This document shows positions 28,059 through 38,553 of a DNA stretch of 64,000 nt, in pieces (position 1 is the first letter of the stretch; each line of letters starts with the position of its first letter). Under the pieces are notes generated by a model. That model saw only the letters and a list, made by a program, of their open reading frames with translations, searched no databases and was not told where the DNA came from. Location of the stretch: contig JAQTZF010000001.1 of assembly GCA_028687915.1 (NCBI GenBank), positions 482,634 through 546,633 on the forward strand, written 5' to 3'. Source of the stretch: Candidatus Daviesbacteria bacterium (GTDB lineage Bacteria > Patescibacteriota > Microgenomatia > Daviesbacterales > UBA10151). A program made the position numbers and the translations under genes.

Positions 28059-29741
28059 ATGATTTTATTTATTAAAAGTTTTGTCACTAAAATACCTTTT
28101 TCAATAAGAGTATATCTTTTATGGAGAAGTGTTTATATCGTATGGAACAGTCAAATTTCACCGTTTATAAATTCTAAAGAAAAAAAGCAATTTACAAATA
28201 AAATTTTCTTTGATCGAAATGTTATTAGCAAAAGAAAAGGCCCGGTAGTTTTAGTTTCTAGAGATATTGCTTTTACTTTTCCTTTGTCTTATGCATACCT
28301 GGCAGGTTATTTAAAAGAGAAAGGAATTGATGTTGTACTTTTATTTAAAGATACAAGTCAGGAAAAATTAATCAAGAAGATAAAAAGTTTAAAACCCATA
28401 TTAGTTGGATTTGGAAACTTATATCCTGAGTTAGAAGAAATTACACAGATTATTCATGGATTAAATAAAGAAGGCAGAGATTTTCCGATTGTTATTGGTG
28501 GGCAGATGTTTTCTCCTATTCCAGAATTTGCTATGAAATTAACTGGTGCAGATTATGGAGTAATAGGAGAAGGAGAAATTATATTACATCAACTCGTAAA
28601 AGCTTTACAAAAAAACAGTGATGTTTCAAAAATTGGGGGATTAGTAACACGAACAAAAGATGTGGTGACTATTAATAGTGGAGGAAAATATATTGATAAT
28701 TTATCAAAACTTCCAAAAATACCATATGAGCTTTTTGATGTTGATAAATGGTTGCTTATTGGAAGATGGTTTACTCAATTTAGGCCGGAACAACCACACT
28801 GGAGGTTTGATGACAGAGTAGTTAATGTTCATGGTGGAAGGGGTTGTCCTTTTAAATGTAATTTTTGTTATCACCATAATAAACCGAGATATCGGGATAT
28901 TAACGATATGATGGATGAAGCAGAGAAAGCGCTTAAGAGATTTGATGCAAATATGTTGTACTTCTCTGATGATTTAGTAATAGCAAATCCTGCTCGTGTT
29001 AAGGAGTTAATTGCGAGGGTCAAAAAATTGAAACGTCCAATTAGTTACAAGATATCAACCAGGTTTGATATTTTGGAACGCCTTAGTGATGAGCTTTTGG
29101 ATGAATTACACGCTACAGGGTGTAGAATTATTGGTTTAGGGGTAGAGTCAGGTTCTAATAGAATCTTAAAGTTAATTGGCAAGAATATAACATCTGATAA
29201 AATATTAAAAGGACTTAAGAGAATTAAAAAGTCGGGTATACTTCCAACTGTTTCTGCTATGGTCGGTCAATACACCGAGACCAGGGAAGATGTAGCAAAA
29301 ACTGAGTTGTTGATGAAGAAAGCTGTTAAAGATAATCCTTTAATTTCATTTGCTTTTACAATTACGACTCCATTTCCAGGATCTGAATTATACGACATAT
29401 TGTTTGCTAAAAAGTTACTTAAAAATGACGAAGAGTTTTATTATCGATATATAGCAGGAAAAGTTGGACCATGGAATCAAGTTGTTAATATGTCTGCTAT
29501 GTCAGATTATGAGGTGATTAAAATGAGGAATGAACTTGAGAAAAGTTATGATCACGAAAGAATGAAAGCATATGGCGAAGAGAGATTTAATAAAATAAGT
29601 CAGATTTGTAAAAAACAACGAAAAGCTGCAGAAGTCTTTGAAAGTAAATCTAAAAAGGATAGGAAAAAAAGCGAGAAAGCGTACTCTGCAGAACAATTAG
29701 AGTTAGAAAATGAAAAATTGTCTTTAATGGGTGTAGTTTAA
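28059..29741 (+). CDS. B12-binding domain radical SAM enzyme (class B rSAM-like)
   Basis: B12-binding-like N-domain (VVLVSRDIAFTFPLSYAYLAGYLKEKGIDVVLL), then GGRGCPFKCNFCYHH (Cx3Cx2C) and a Lys-rich C-terminal tail. Confidence 0.7.
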   Translation: MILFIKSFVTKIPFSIRVYLLWRSVYIVWNSQISPFINSKEKKQFTNKIFFDRNVISKRKGPVVLVSRDIAFTFPLSYAYLAGYLKEKGIDVVLLFKDTSQEKLIKKIKSLKPILVGFGNLYPELEEITQIIHGLNKEGRDFPIVIGGQMFSPIPEFAMKLTGADYGVIGEGEIILHQLVKALQKNSDVSKIGGLVTRTKDVVTINSGGKYIDNLSKLPKIPYELFDVDKWLLIGRWFTQFRPEQPHWRFDDRVVNVHGGRGCPFKCNFCYHHNKPRYRDINDMMDEAEKALKRFDANMLYFSDDLVIANPARVKELIARVKKLKRPISYKISTRFDILERLSDELLDELHATGCRIIGLGVESGSNRILKLIGKNITSDKILKGLKRIKKSGILPTVSAMVGQYTETREDVAKTELLMKKAVKDNPLISFAFTITTPFPGSELYDILFAKKLLKNDEEFYYRYIAGKVGPWNQVVNMSAMSDYEVIKMRNELEKSYDHERMKAYGEERFNKISQICKKQRKAAEVFESKSKKDRKKSEKAYSAEQLELENEKLSLMGVV

Positions 29742-29760
29742 GTCTTATAAATTTTAAAAC

Positions 29761-30522
29761 TTAGGACACATCGGCATTTCGATTTGTTTCTTCAAGAATG
29801 TGATGATATTTTTCAAATACTTCTGTTGGGTCTCCTTCGGTAATTAACTTCCCGTGGTCAAGTAAAATTACCCTTTCGCAAAACTTTTTAACTGATTGTT
29901 CACTATGGCTAACAAAGATAATTGTTTTTTCTCTGGACTTCTTTATTTCTTGTAAGTAATTTAAGCATTTTCTTTGAAAATCTTCGTCTCCGACTGCCAA
30001 AACCTCGTCGATTAAGAGTAGTGGAGCATTTGTATTAATAGCAATGGAAAAAGCAAGGCGCATATACATACCTGAGGAGTATTTCTTTACCGGTGCGTAG
30101 ATAAAATCTTTCAATTCAGAAAATTCGATAATATCATTTAGTTTTATTTCGATTTCTTTTTTGTGTAAGCCTAAGATAGCAGCATTTAGAAAAATATTTT
30201 CATAACCTGTTAATTCATGATGAAATCCAGCGCCCAGTTCAATTAAAGGAGCAACTTTTCCAGTAATTATTACTTTCCCTCTTGTTGGTGTTGTAACTCC
30301 AGCAATTAATTTCAATGCAGTTGATTTACCGGCGCCGTTTTTTCCAATTATACCGACTGTTTCTCCCTGAAAAATATTAAATGTGACATCATCAAGAGCA
30401 GCTACTTTTTTAGCCCAGGGTTTTCCTAAAAAAAGATTAGGTAAAAATTCCTTAAAAGTTTTTTCCTCTTGAATATAAAAATCCTTAGAAACTTTATCAA
30501 AAATGATTACAGGTTTATCCAT
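29761..30522 (-). CDS. wzt: ABC exporter ATP-binding protein (Wzt/TagH/KpsT-like)
   Basis: Walker A GKNGAGKST; ABC signature; Walker B LLLIDEVLAVGD. Confidence 0.8.
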   Translation of the reverse strand: MDKPVIIFDKVSKDFYIQEEKTFKEFLPNLFLGKPWAKKVAALDDVTFNIFQGETVGIIGKNGAGKSTALKLIAGVTTPTRGKVIITGKVAPLIELGAGFHHELTGYENIFLNAAILGLHKKEIEIKLNDIIEFSELKDFIYAPVKKYSSGMYMRLAFSIAINTNAPLLLIDEVLAVGDEDFQRKCLNYLQEIKKSREKTIIFVSHSEQSVKKFCERVILLDHGKLITEGDPTEVFEKYHHILEETNRNADVS

Positions 30523-30524
30523 AG

Positions 30525-31307
30525 TTAAACAATATCAGCAAAAACTTTTTCACTTTTCTTGAAAAAGATATAACTAATTACGAAAATAAATACAGAAATT
30601 ATTAAAGACCAGCAAATAGTTCCTGTATCAAAAGCCAGATTAAATAGTGCTGATCTATACCCTTCAATAATTCCAACCATAGGATTTAATTTATAGATGG
30701 ATATATATTTCTCAGGAACTAATGAAAGTGCATATACAACAGGAGTTAGATAAGTCCACAGAAGAAGTAGAAGTGTGACAAGATATTGTATATCTCTGTA
30801 GAATAAATTAAAGGTACTAAAGAACAGAGATAATCCACTCATAAGAATTATTTGAATAATAAACAAAGGAATAATATATAAAGTTGTTAGGCCAATCGGG
30901 ATATGATAAACAACCATAAAGATAAACAAAAGCGATAAAGCAAATACGAAGTCAACTGTTTTGGAAAGTACAACAGAATAGATTAATATCTCGCGTGGGA
31001 AATAAACTTTTCTGATTAAATCAGCATTATCTACTAATGAGGTTGTGGCACTAGCTAAAACATTTTGCATATAGATCCATGGTAATAGACCAGCAAAAAG
31101 AAAGACTGGATATGGGATATTATTTGTTGGAAATTTAAATATTACAGAAAATACAAATGTGTATACCAAAAGCTGTGCTAAAGGATTAATTAAAACCCAG
31201 GCATAACCAATAATTGATTGTTTGTATCGTGCTTTAATTGATCTTTGGGTAAGTTGAAAAAGTAGATATTTATGAGTAAGAAAAGGTGTAGCTAGTTCTT
31301 TTAGCAT
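30525..31307 (-). CDS. wzm: ABC-2 type exporter permease (Wzm/TagG/KpsM-like)
   Basis: 260 aa with 6 TM helices; ABC-2 topology; translationally coupled to the ATPase. Confidence 0.7.
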   Translation of the reverse strand: MLKELATPFLTHKYLLFQLTQRSIKARYKQSIIGYAWVLINPLAQLLVYTFVFSVIFKFPTNNIPYPVFLFAGLLPWIYMQNVLASATTSLVDNADLIRKVYFPREILIYSVVLSKTVDFVFALSLLFIFMVVYHIPIGLTTLYIIPLFIIQIILMSGLSLFFSTFNLFYRDIQYLVTLLLLLWTYLTPVVYALSLVPEKYISIYKLNPMVGIIEGYRSALFNLAFDTGTICWSLIISVFIFVISYIFFKKSEKVFADIV

Positions 31308-31404
31308 GTTATTTGATTATAATAAAAGCCTCAAATTTTTACTATGATCAAATTAATCACTGCTTGTTACTGCATAGAATGATACCGTATAATTTGAAAA
31401 TAAA

Positions 31405-32388
31405 ATGTTGCTAAAACTAATTAAAAAAAGTCTTGCAAGAGCTATGAGTTTCTCCATCCTTATAAAAGTGAGGAAAAAGATATTATCCAGGCTGGTTGTT
31501 TTAACTATTAATTCATTCAAAATTAAAGATGCTCATTTTACACATTTTGATTTATTCGAATATTGGCAGAAGAACGGTTTCTTTATTCTCCCTAATAATT
31601 TTTATCAACCAGTTCCAGATACATCTTTAATTAATATCAAGAAATTAGAAAAGGTTCAGTCTTTAGATGGAATAAATATTAATGAAACTAAACAACTATC
31701 ATTACTGCAAAATTTTTCTAAGTTCAAAGATGAATATCTAAAAATTCCTTATATAGGTGAATCACAAGGTCATATTTTTTATTTTAATAATTTAGCTTTT
31801 GATGGGGTAGATGCTCTTGTATATTATTGTATGATTCGGCATTTTAACCCTAAGAATATAATAGAAGTAGGTTCTGGATGGTCAACTAAAATAGCAGCCC
31901 AAGCAGTTCTGCAAAATAGACAGGGTGAATTAGTAAGTATTGAACCTTACCCTCAACCATTTATGCAAAACTTATTTCCTGGCTTATCAAAAGTAATAGC
32001 AAAAAAGGTAGAAGAAAACGATATAAGTATATTTGAACAACTGAAAGAAAACGATATTTTATTTATTGATTCTTCACATACTGTCAAAACTGGTGGTGAT
32101 GTAAACTATTTATTTTTAGAAGTACTTCCAAGACTTAAGAAGGGTGTAATTATTCATATTCATGACATCTTTTTCCCTTTTGATTATCCAAAAGACTGGA
32201 TTTTAAAAGAACATAGATTGTGGGCAGAACAATATTTATTACAGGCATTCTTAATGTTCAATGATACTTTTGAAGTTATTTATTCAAATAGCTTTATGGG
32301 TTATAAACATTCAAAAAAGGTAAAGAATATTTTTTCTAATTCTCCTTTTTATAAAGGTGGATCCATTTGGATACAAAAAATAAGATAG
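31405..32388 (+). CDS. class I SAM-dependent methyltransferase (Methyltransf_24/TylF-like)
   Basis: IIEVGSGWST and LFIDSSHTVKTGGDV. Paralog of 47111..47893. Confidence 0.5.
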   Translation: MLLKLIKKSLARAMSFSILIKVRKKILSRLVVLTINSFKIKDAHFTHFDLFEYWQKNGFFILPNNFYQPVPDTSLINIKKLEKVQSLDGININETKQLSLLQNFSKFKDEYLKIPYIGESQGHIFYFNNLAFDGVDALVYYCMIRHFNPKNIIEVGSGWSTKIAAQAVLQNRQGELVSIEPYPQPFMQNLFPGLSKVIAKKVEENDISIFEQLKENDILFIDSSHTVKTGGDVNYLFLEVLPRLKKGVIIHIHDIFFPFDYPKDWILKEHRLWAEQYLLQAFLMFNDTFEVIYSNSFMGYKHSKKVKNIFSNSPFYKGGSIWIQKIR

Positions 32389-34479
32389 TTAGGATAATTT
32401 CTTTTGCATAGAATATAATTTCCTTCCAGTAAGCAAGACCACACTAGTGTTTATTATAAAAGCTGCTAAAAATAATTGCTTTGGAAAATCCCAATAATAC
32501 ATCGCTTTTATCCACCAAAAATCTGGTACTCTTTCAAAGATTTGGGTATGAATATGCCATGTTTTCCAAAGGTCCTGGTTAGTTCCTCCGTAATTTTGGT
32601 ACGGTTTTCCAGTCATTTTAGGTCCAAGTGGGGATACATAGGGAACATCTAAACTCTCCAAATTTACAGGGAGATTATTAATACTATAGCTAATTAATCC
32701 TAATATTTGAGTATGTTTTTTGACTATGGTAGGGTCTTTGAATTGAACCTTAATTACCAATTGGTTATCGGTAGGTTTTAGGTATTCTTTTTTAATTGGT
32801 ATTTCTATCAACTTCCTTTCCTTTAGTATTAAAGTTTCAGGTTTAGTTAGTAATGGGTAGTTATTCAGTAAAAATTCTATGTGAGCAGAAGAGCTTGAGT
32901 CTCCAACAGGATGGTTAATAACACCAAAAGCCATTTTTTGAATAGGATTATCTAATTTATCATCAAAAGATATATACCCGCTTTCTTCGATAACTCTCCA
33001 TCTTTCCCGACCAACATTAAAAGGAAAATCAATACCATCGTAGAATCTAACATTAAAAAGGCCATGATCTAATGTCTTAGGAAAAGATCTGGTTATTTTA
33101 ACTAAGTTTTTTGTTTGAATGTAAAGTGGGCTAAAACGAGGTATATAGTTGCTGTATATGGGAACTGCATATTCAACTCCATTTACAAAGAAACGGCTTT
33201 CTAGATTTTGATATTTGATTTGATAAGGCATGAAGATGCCCAAAAACTCTATATATAAACCAAAAAGTGCAAGCGGTAAAAATATTAATAGCCTATACTT
33301 ATTAGAGATTGTTGAGTAAAGTTTAGCCACAATAAGCATGGCAAAAGGTATTAATACGCTTAAATAACGTGGGCCCCAACTTGATTCTCCATGCCACATT
33401 TCTGCAAAATATTGATCAGCTTTTCTATATCCATATTGAGAGGAAAAGAAGAGAATATAAATTACTGATAGGAGTAGAAAAATTATTAATTCTGGTTTTA
33501 GTTGAGGGCGAATTTTATGCCAGAAAATAAAAATGATTAGTACTAAAGGGGTATACAAAAAGAAGCTTCTCCCTGGACTAAATAATTGCCCCCAGAAGCC
33601 GTCAATAAAAACTTTAAAAGGCATAGTTGCTAAGATATCAGTAATATAAGTTGAGTAAAAAGCTGCTGTAACCATATTTACGGTGGGTTCCGCGCGTGTG
33701 GTTTCAAACCATACATAAGTGTAGATAAAGGGGGATACACCTATTAGAAAGGCTAGTAGGTCTCTGGTTATAATCTTTAATGAGTTTAGTTTTGGTTTTA
33801 CCAACATCAGGTAATAAAGCAGAAGTAATGGTGCTGATAATATAAAAGTTTGGTTATATGCGAGAATGACTATTCCATAAGAAATAGCTGAAAAAAATAA
33901 GAAAATAGGTTTGCGTGATAAAGAATATTTTTTTACTAAGAAGAAGGATAGTATAAGAAAAGTAATAAACATCATATGAGCTACACTATGTTTGCTATAA
34001 ACTAATAAGTTTGTGGTAAACAATGAAACAATACTCATGAACAAAGCTGGTTTTGGTTTAATCTTTAAGGCTAGAAAATAAAGAAAAAGTACTACTCCTA
34101 AAATAGCAGCAAAGAAAGAGTTGGTGAAACTTGCCAATAAAAAGATGAGCCAGTCTGATTCTAGGGGAAAATGAACAGGAGGAGCAACATTGTAGTATTT
34201 ATATACCATGTCTGTGATTGCAACTGCTGGTAAATAAGCCAGAGAAAATCCTAGTCCTGTTGGACTGTAGGTTTTTCCATCTCTTCCAATATAGGTGCTC
34301 ATATGGATATTCTTATCCAAGTTAAACTCATATAGCGGGCCTGTAGGTTCTCCTTTATAATAAATATTACGTGCAACAGCTAGATATTGAAGTCCGTCCT
34401 GAGAATCTATCACGCCAGACGATAGAAAAACAAAAGTTGAGCAAAGAAATAGAAAATAGTAAATTATCAGTCTTTTCAT
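32389..34479 (-). CDS. large polytopic membrane protein, GT-C-like glycosyltransferase with C-terminal extracytoplasmic domain
   Basis: 696 aa; N-terminal DSQDGLQY loop motif; at least 12 TM helices; ~250 aa soluble C-terminal domain. Confidence 0.45.
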   Translation of the reverse strand: MKRLIIYYFLFLCSTFVFLSSGVIDSQDGLQYLAVARNIYYKGEPTGPLYEFNLDKNIHMSTYIGRDGKTYSPTGLGFSLAYLPAVAITDMVYKYYNVAPPVHFPLESDWLIFLLASFTNSFFAAILGVVLFLYFLALKIKPKPALFMSIVSLFTTNLLVYSKHSVAHMMFITFLILSFFLVKKYSLSRKPIFLFFSAISYGIVILAYNQTFILSAPLLLLYYLMLVKPKLNSLKIITRDLLAFLIGVSPFIYTYVWFETTRAEPTVNMVTAAFYSTYITDILATMPFKVFIDGFWGQLFSPGRSFFLYTPLVLIIFIFWHKIRPQLKPELIIFLLLSVIYILFFSSQYGYRKADQYFAEMWHGESSWGPRYLSVLIPFAMLIVAKLYSTISNKYRLLIFLPLALFGLYIEFLGIFMPYQIKYQNLESRFFVNGVEYAVPIYSNYIPRFSPLYIQTKNLVKITRSFPKTLDHGLFNVRFYDGIDFPFNVGRERWRVIEESGYISFDDKLDNPIQKMAFGVINHPVGDSSSSAHIEFLLNNYPLLTKPETLILKERKLIEIPIKKEYLKPTDNQLVIKVQFKDPTIVKKHTQILGLISYSINNLPVNLESLDVPYVSPLGPKMTGKPYQNYGGTNQDLWKTWHIHTQIFERVPDFWWIKAMYYWDFPKQLFLAAFIINTSVVLLTGRKLYSMQKKLS

Positions 34480-34565
34480 AAGCTTGATGATAGCATACTA
34501 TCAATTGATAAGTAATTATTGTAGGATCAGATGTATTCGAAGCAGAGAAATAACTACTAACATAT

Positions 34566-35534
34566 ATGAATAGCAAGAATGATCTAAGTTTAATAATTCA
34601 TACTAAAAACGAAGAGGCAAATATAAAAGAATGTATTATGTCTGCTCGTAGTATTGCAAGTGAGATAATTGTTGTTGACATGCAAAGTGTAGATAAGACA
34701 GCCATCCTGGCTAAAGAACTTGAAGCCAAGGTTTATTTAGTACCAGACCATAATTATGCAGATCCTGTACGAAATTATGCAATAAGCAAGGCTACAAAAA
34801 AATGGATTTTAATATTGGATGCAGATGAAAGAATTTCTGAAAAGTTAAGCAAGCAAATTGAGCAGATTATTTTAGCTGATGAGTATGATGTCGTCGCTTT
34901 TCCTCGAAAGAATATTCACTTTGGACAATGGATTAAACATACTGCTTGGTGGCCTGACTATCAGCATAGGCTATTTAAGAAAGGATTTGTTAAGTGTCCG
35001 GATGTAATCCATAAAAGGTACAAAATTAAGGGTAGGATATTAGAATTACCACCAGAAGAAGAGAACTCTATTCTTCATTATCAAACTAAAAACAGTAGTG
35101 ATTTGGTATCTAAAATTGACCGATACACGTCTTTGGAAAAATATTTTGAAAATGAAGGAAAATTTTCTTTTGATGATGTTTTAAACTATATGGATAGAGA
35201 GTTTCAATGGAGATTTTTTGAAGAAAAAGGATATTTAGATGGCATGAGAGGGTTTGTTTTGAGTAAATTTATGGAATATTATCGTTTTTTAGTCTTTGTA
35301 AAGTATTGGGAGAAACACAACTATCCTGAAGTGTGTAGTCCTACACAACTGAAAGACATTGTACAGCAAAGAAAGCAGCATCTATCTGGTAAAGGCGAAC
35401 TGTCATTAATAGAGAAAGACCATTTAAATAAGATAATTAACTCTAAGTTTTATAAATTATGGAGAATTTATTGTAATAATAAAGATATGATTTTAAATAT
35501 AATAAAATGTTTAAATGGTAAAAAAAATTCATGA
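34566..35534 (+). CDS. glycosyltransferase family 2
   Basis: LSLIIHTKNEEANI...IIVVD...LDADE. Its C-terminal 20 aa are shared with the 47111..47893 product. Confidence 0.7.
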   Translation: MNSKNDLSLIIHTKNEEANIKECIMSARSIASEIIVVDMQSVDKTAILAKELEAKVYLVPDHNYADPVRNYAISKATKKWILILDADERISEKLSKQIEQIILADEYDVVAFPRKNIHFGQWIKHTAWWPDYQHRLFKKGFVKCPDVIHKRYKIKGRILELPPEEENSILHYQTKNSSDLVSKIDRYTSLEKYFENEGKFSFDDVLNYMDREFQWRFFEEKGYLDGMRGFVLSKFMEYYRFLVFVKYWEKHNYPEVCSPTQLKDIVQQRKQHLSGKGELSLIEKDHLNKIINSKFYKLWRIYCNNKDMILNIIKCLNGKKNS

Positions 35535-36985
35535 AAAATTCAATTCCTTATTGTTCGGTTATTGTTCTAAACTATTTTGGAGAAAAAGTAATTGATAGTA
35601 CTATAAAATCGTTACTTGCCCTTGATTATTCAAAAGATAGCTTTGAAATTATAATCGTTGATAATAATTCTTCTGACAAAAGTCGTGAAATAATTTTGAA
35701 CTATACAAAAAAATACAATAATATTAAACATCTATTTCTGGATAAAAATTTAGGTTTTGCTGGAGGAAATAATGAGGGAATAAAGATTGCCAAAGGGGAA
35801 TATGTAGCTTTGTTAAATAATGATTGTGTAGTTAATAAATCATGGTTACATGAGTTAGTAAAAACTGCAGAAAAAAATCCAAATATTTTCGCTGTTACCT
35901 CTAAGGTAGTACTTTATCCCAAATATTATTATTTAGAGTTTGGTTATGATAATAGGTTGTTCTTAACTCATGCTTATTTAAGCAACTCCCATCTTTCTAA
36001 TTTAGAAAAGAGTAATAAATTAAAGTTAGATGTTAGTAATAAAGATTCTTTTTATATTTTAGAGACCCCGTTTTCTCCAGAAGATAAAGTGATCTCCGTA
36101 GAACTAACCTTTGAAATAAATTCTCAAAGTAGGCTTAAATCGTATGATGAATTGTTTTACGTACTAAAAGATGCCCATCTATTTAAAAAGCCGGTTCTAT
36201 TAATAATGGATAATCGCATTGTTATTCAATTTGATTTTGATGTTAGTAAAGTTAACAAGAATAATGCATTTGAGAAAATTCAAAATGCTGGAATTGTAGT
36301 GTTTCAAGATGGTTCGGGTCGTGATATTGGTGCAAAGATTTTCGAGCAGACTCAATACTATGAATTTGATTTTGGCCAATATGAGAAAGAGCGCCAAGTT
36401 TATGCTGCTTGCGGTGCAGCGGTTTTATATAATAAGAGGATCCTAGATATAATTAGCTATTTAGATGATTCTTTTTTTATGTATTATGAGGATGTGGAAA
36501 TATCTGAAAGAGCTAGGCTTAATGGTTATGACATTTACTATGCTCCCAAGGCTGTGGTTAGACATTTGCATGCGTTCTCTAGTAAAGAATGGTCGAATTT
36601 TTTTATATACCAAGCTGAAAAAGGAAGATTACTACATGTTTTTTTTAATTTCCCACTGCGAATCTTTATAAAAGAATATATAAAAATGATTTTAAGAATA
36701 ACTGAAGTGGGGTTAAGGGTCATAAAAGGTTTAGCAGATCACCAAAGGACTATGAGGTTCGTAAAAAGTACTATTGCCTACTTTCGAGGTTCTGTAAGTA
36801 ACGAAGGGAGAAGACGTACTGATTTGGGGAAGGTAATTCAATATATTAAAGTTGTATTCTACTTTCTGTTTTGTCTACCTGTATTAATAACGAAAAGAAT
36901 AAGGAAGAATAAAAGCATCTCCCAACAGATGATAGAAAAAAATTATAGCAGTATCTTAAAAGGAAGGTGGTATTTTAACCGATGA
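35531..36985 (+). CDS. glycosyltransferase family 2 with long C-terminal extension
   Basis: CSVIVLNYFGEKV...IIIVDNNSSDKS, NLGFAGGNNEG. Confidence 0.7.
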   Translation: MKNSIPYCSVIVLNYFGEKVIDSTIKSLLALDYSKDSFEIIIVDNNSSDKSREIILNYTKKYNNIKHLFLDKNLGFAGGNNEGIKIAKGEYVALLNNDCVVNKSWLHELVKTAEKNPNIFAVTSKVVLYPKYYYLEFGYDNRLFLTHAYLSNSHLSNLEKSNKLKLDVSNKDSFYILETPFSPEDKVISVELTFEINSQSRLKSYDELFYVLKDAHLFKKPVLLIMDNRIVIQFDFDVSKVNKNNAFEKIQNAGIVVFQDGSGRDIGAKIFEQTQYYEFDFGQYEKERQVYAACGAAVLYNKRILDIISYLDDSFFMYYEDVEISERARLNGYDIYYAPKAVVRHLHAFSSKEWSNFFIYQAEKGRLLHVFFNFPLRIFIKEYIKMILRITEVGLRVIKGLADHQRTMRFVKSTIAYFRGSVSNEGRRRTDLGKVIQYIKVVFYFLFCLPVLITKRIRKNKSISQQMIEKNYSSILKGRWYFNR

Positions 36986-38550
36986 AAAGAACGGCAGTGG
37001 TATATGATAAATGGCTCAGGTCTTTAGGAGGTGGAGAGGTTGTGGCTTGTAGTATTGCAAAGATTTTAGTTGATGAAGGTTATGATGTGACTTTCATTGC
37101 AGGGAAAAATGTTGATAAAGAAGTTATTAGAAAAAAGCTAAACATAGATCTATCAGGGGTAAATTTGGTTGAGGTGTGGTCAGACGAGGCCAAGATAAAA
37201 AAACTTTCTAAAGGTAAGGATCTTTTTATAAATACTTCTTTTATTGATTATACTTACGGTTGTGCAAAAAGAAATATTTATTATACCCACTTTCCAAAAG
37301 AACCATATAGTACTTTTACAGAGATGTTGTTTACTAGGCTGATGTTTCCTCTGCTGGTTAAGTTTATCAATTCGGTCGAAATGATGAACGATTTAGAGAT
37401 TACAACAATCATGAATAATGAACCAGCCTACTTACTTCAAGACACTAATCGAGTTGCAATCTCTTATTTAGAGGAAAATAAATCTCAAGTAATAGAGTTT
37501 TCATTATTTTTAGAAAGCTTCACACAATCTCTTGTAGAGGCAATAAAAATAGGCTTTGATGAAGCTAAAATACTGGAAATGAAATCTTATGTTAATCATC
37601 ATCGTAATCAAATAAATTTTCAAATTACGATTCAGCCATTAAGCTCTACTACCTATTTGGTAATAGAAATATTAAGGTCAAAGGCTGTAGAAAAAGACGC
37701 TAATGTATTCTTGCTTTATCCTAAGACTAGAGTGCGTAGTATTTATGAACCATTAATTAATGCTATATACCATAAAGTAAATAATAAGTTTAGGGCAGGT
37801 GTATTCTCTAATCCGTTAGAACGGCTTAAAAGTTATCAAACGATTATAGCTAATTCTTTGTTTACACAAAAATGGATTATGAATTATTGGAAGAGAGAAT
37901 CGGTTGTGGTTTATCCACCAGTAGAGCTGTTATGTGATAAATATAAAATGGATAATTTAAATAAGAAAAAATGGATATGTTCTGTGGGTCGATTCTTTAC
38001 ATTGGGACATGGCAAAAAACAGGAAATTTTAATTAAAGCCTTTAAAGAATTTTATAATTCGGGACATAAAGATTGGCAGCTTCATCTGGTTGGTGGCGTT
38101 GGAAGTGAGGTCGGTAATATTGAATTAATAGCCCATTTAAAAAAAGAGTCCGAAGGATACCCCGTATTCTTTCACCTAAATGTTTCCCGTAAAGAAGTGG
38201 AAGAAATTTATATCCAATCTAAAATCTACTGGCATGCAACTGGGTATAGAGAAAATGAAAGTTTTCATCCAATCAAGTTTGAGCATTTTGGAATAGCACC
38301 AATAGAAGCAATAAGTGCTGGTTGCGTGCCTGTTTTATATAATGGAGGTGGATTAAGGGAAATAATTAGTGTGACCGGCTTACAAGAAAGATTGCATTTA
38401 TTTAGCTCTATAAATCAACTAGTTAATAATACAACTGAAATACTTAAGCAGGATATATCTTCAACTGAATGGGAATTAATTTTGGAAACATTGAGAAATA
38501 ATTTTTCATATAATGCTTTCAGGAATAAATTTATGGCTTTAATAAAATAA
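36982..38550 (+). CDS. glycosyltransferase family 4 (C-terminal GT-B domain)
   Basis: FEHFGIAPIEAISAGCVPV EX7E-type motif. Confidence 0.65.
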   Translation: MKRTAVVYDKWLRSLGGGEVVACSIAKILVDEGYDVTFIAGKNVDKEVIRKKLNIDLSGVNLVEVWSDEAKIKKLSKGKDLFINTSFIDYTYGCAKRNIYYTHFPKEPYSTFTEMLFTRLMFPLLVKFINSVEMMNDLEITTIMNNEPAYLLQDTNRVAISYLEENKSQVIEFSLFLESFTQSLVEAIKIGFDEAKILEMKSYVNHHRNQINFQITIQPLSSTTYLVIEILRSKAVEKDANVFLLYPKTRVRSIYEPLINAIYHKVNNKFRAGVFSNPLERLKSYQTIIANSLFTQKWIMNYWKRESVVVYPPVELLCDKYKMDNLNKKKWICSVGRFFTLGHGKKQEILIKAFKEFYNSGHKDWQLHLVGGVGSEVGNIELIAHLKKESEGYPVFFHLNVSRKEVEEIYIQSKIYWHATGYRENESFHPIKFEHFGIAPIEAISAGCVPVLYNGGGLREIISVTGLQERLHLFSSINQLVNNTTEILKQDISSTEWELILETLRNNFSYNAFRNKFMALIK

Positions 38551-38553
38551 GGC

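Noticed and set aside
36465-36671. Same-strand internal ORF in a different frame within the GT2 gene 35531..36985
   Set aside because: The GT2 reading frame is continuous and carries the conserved motifs. The alternate-frame ORF has no motif and no RBS.
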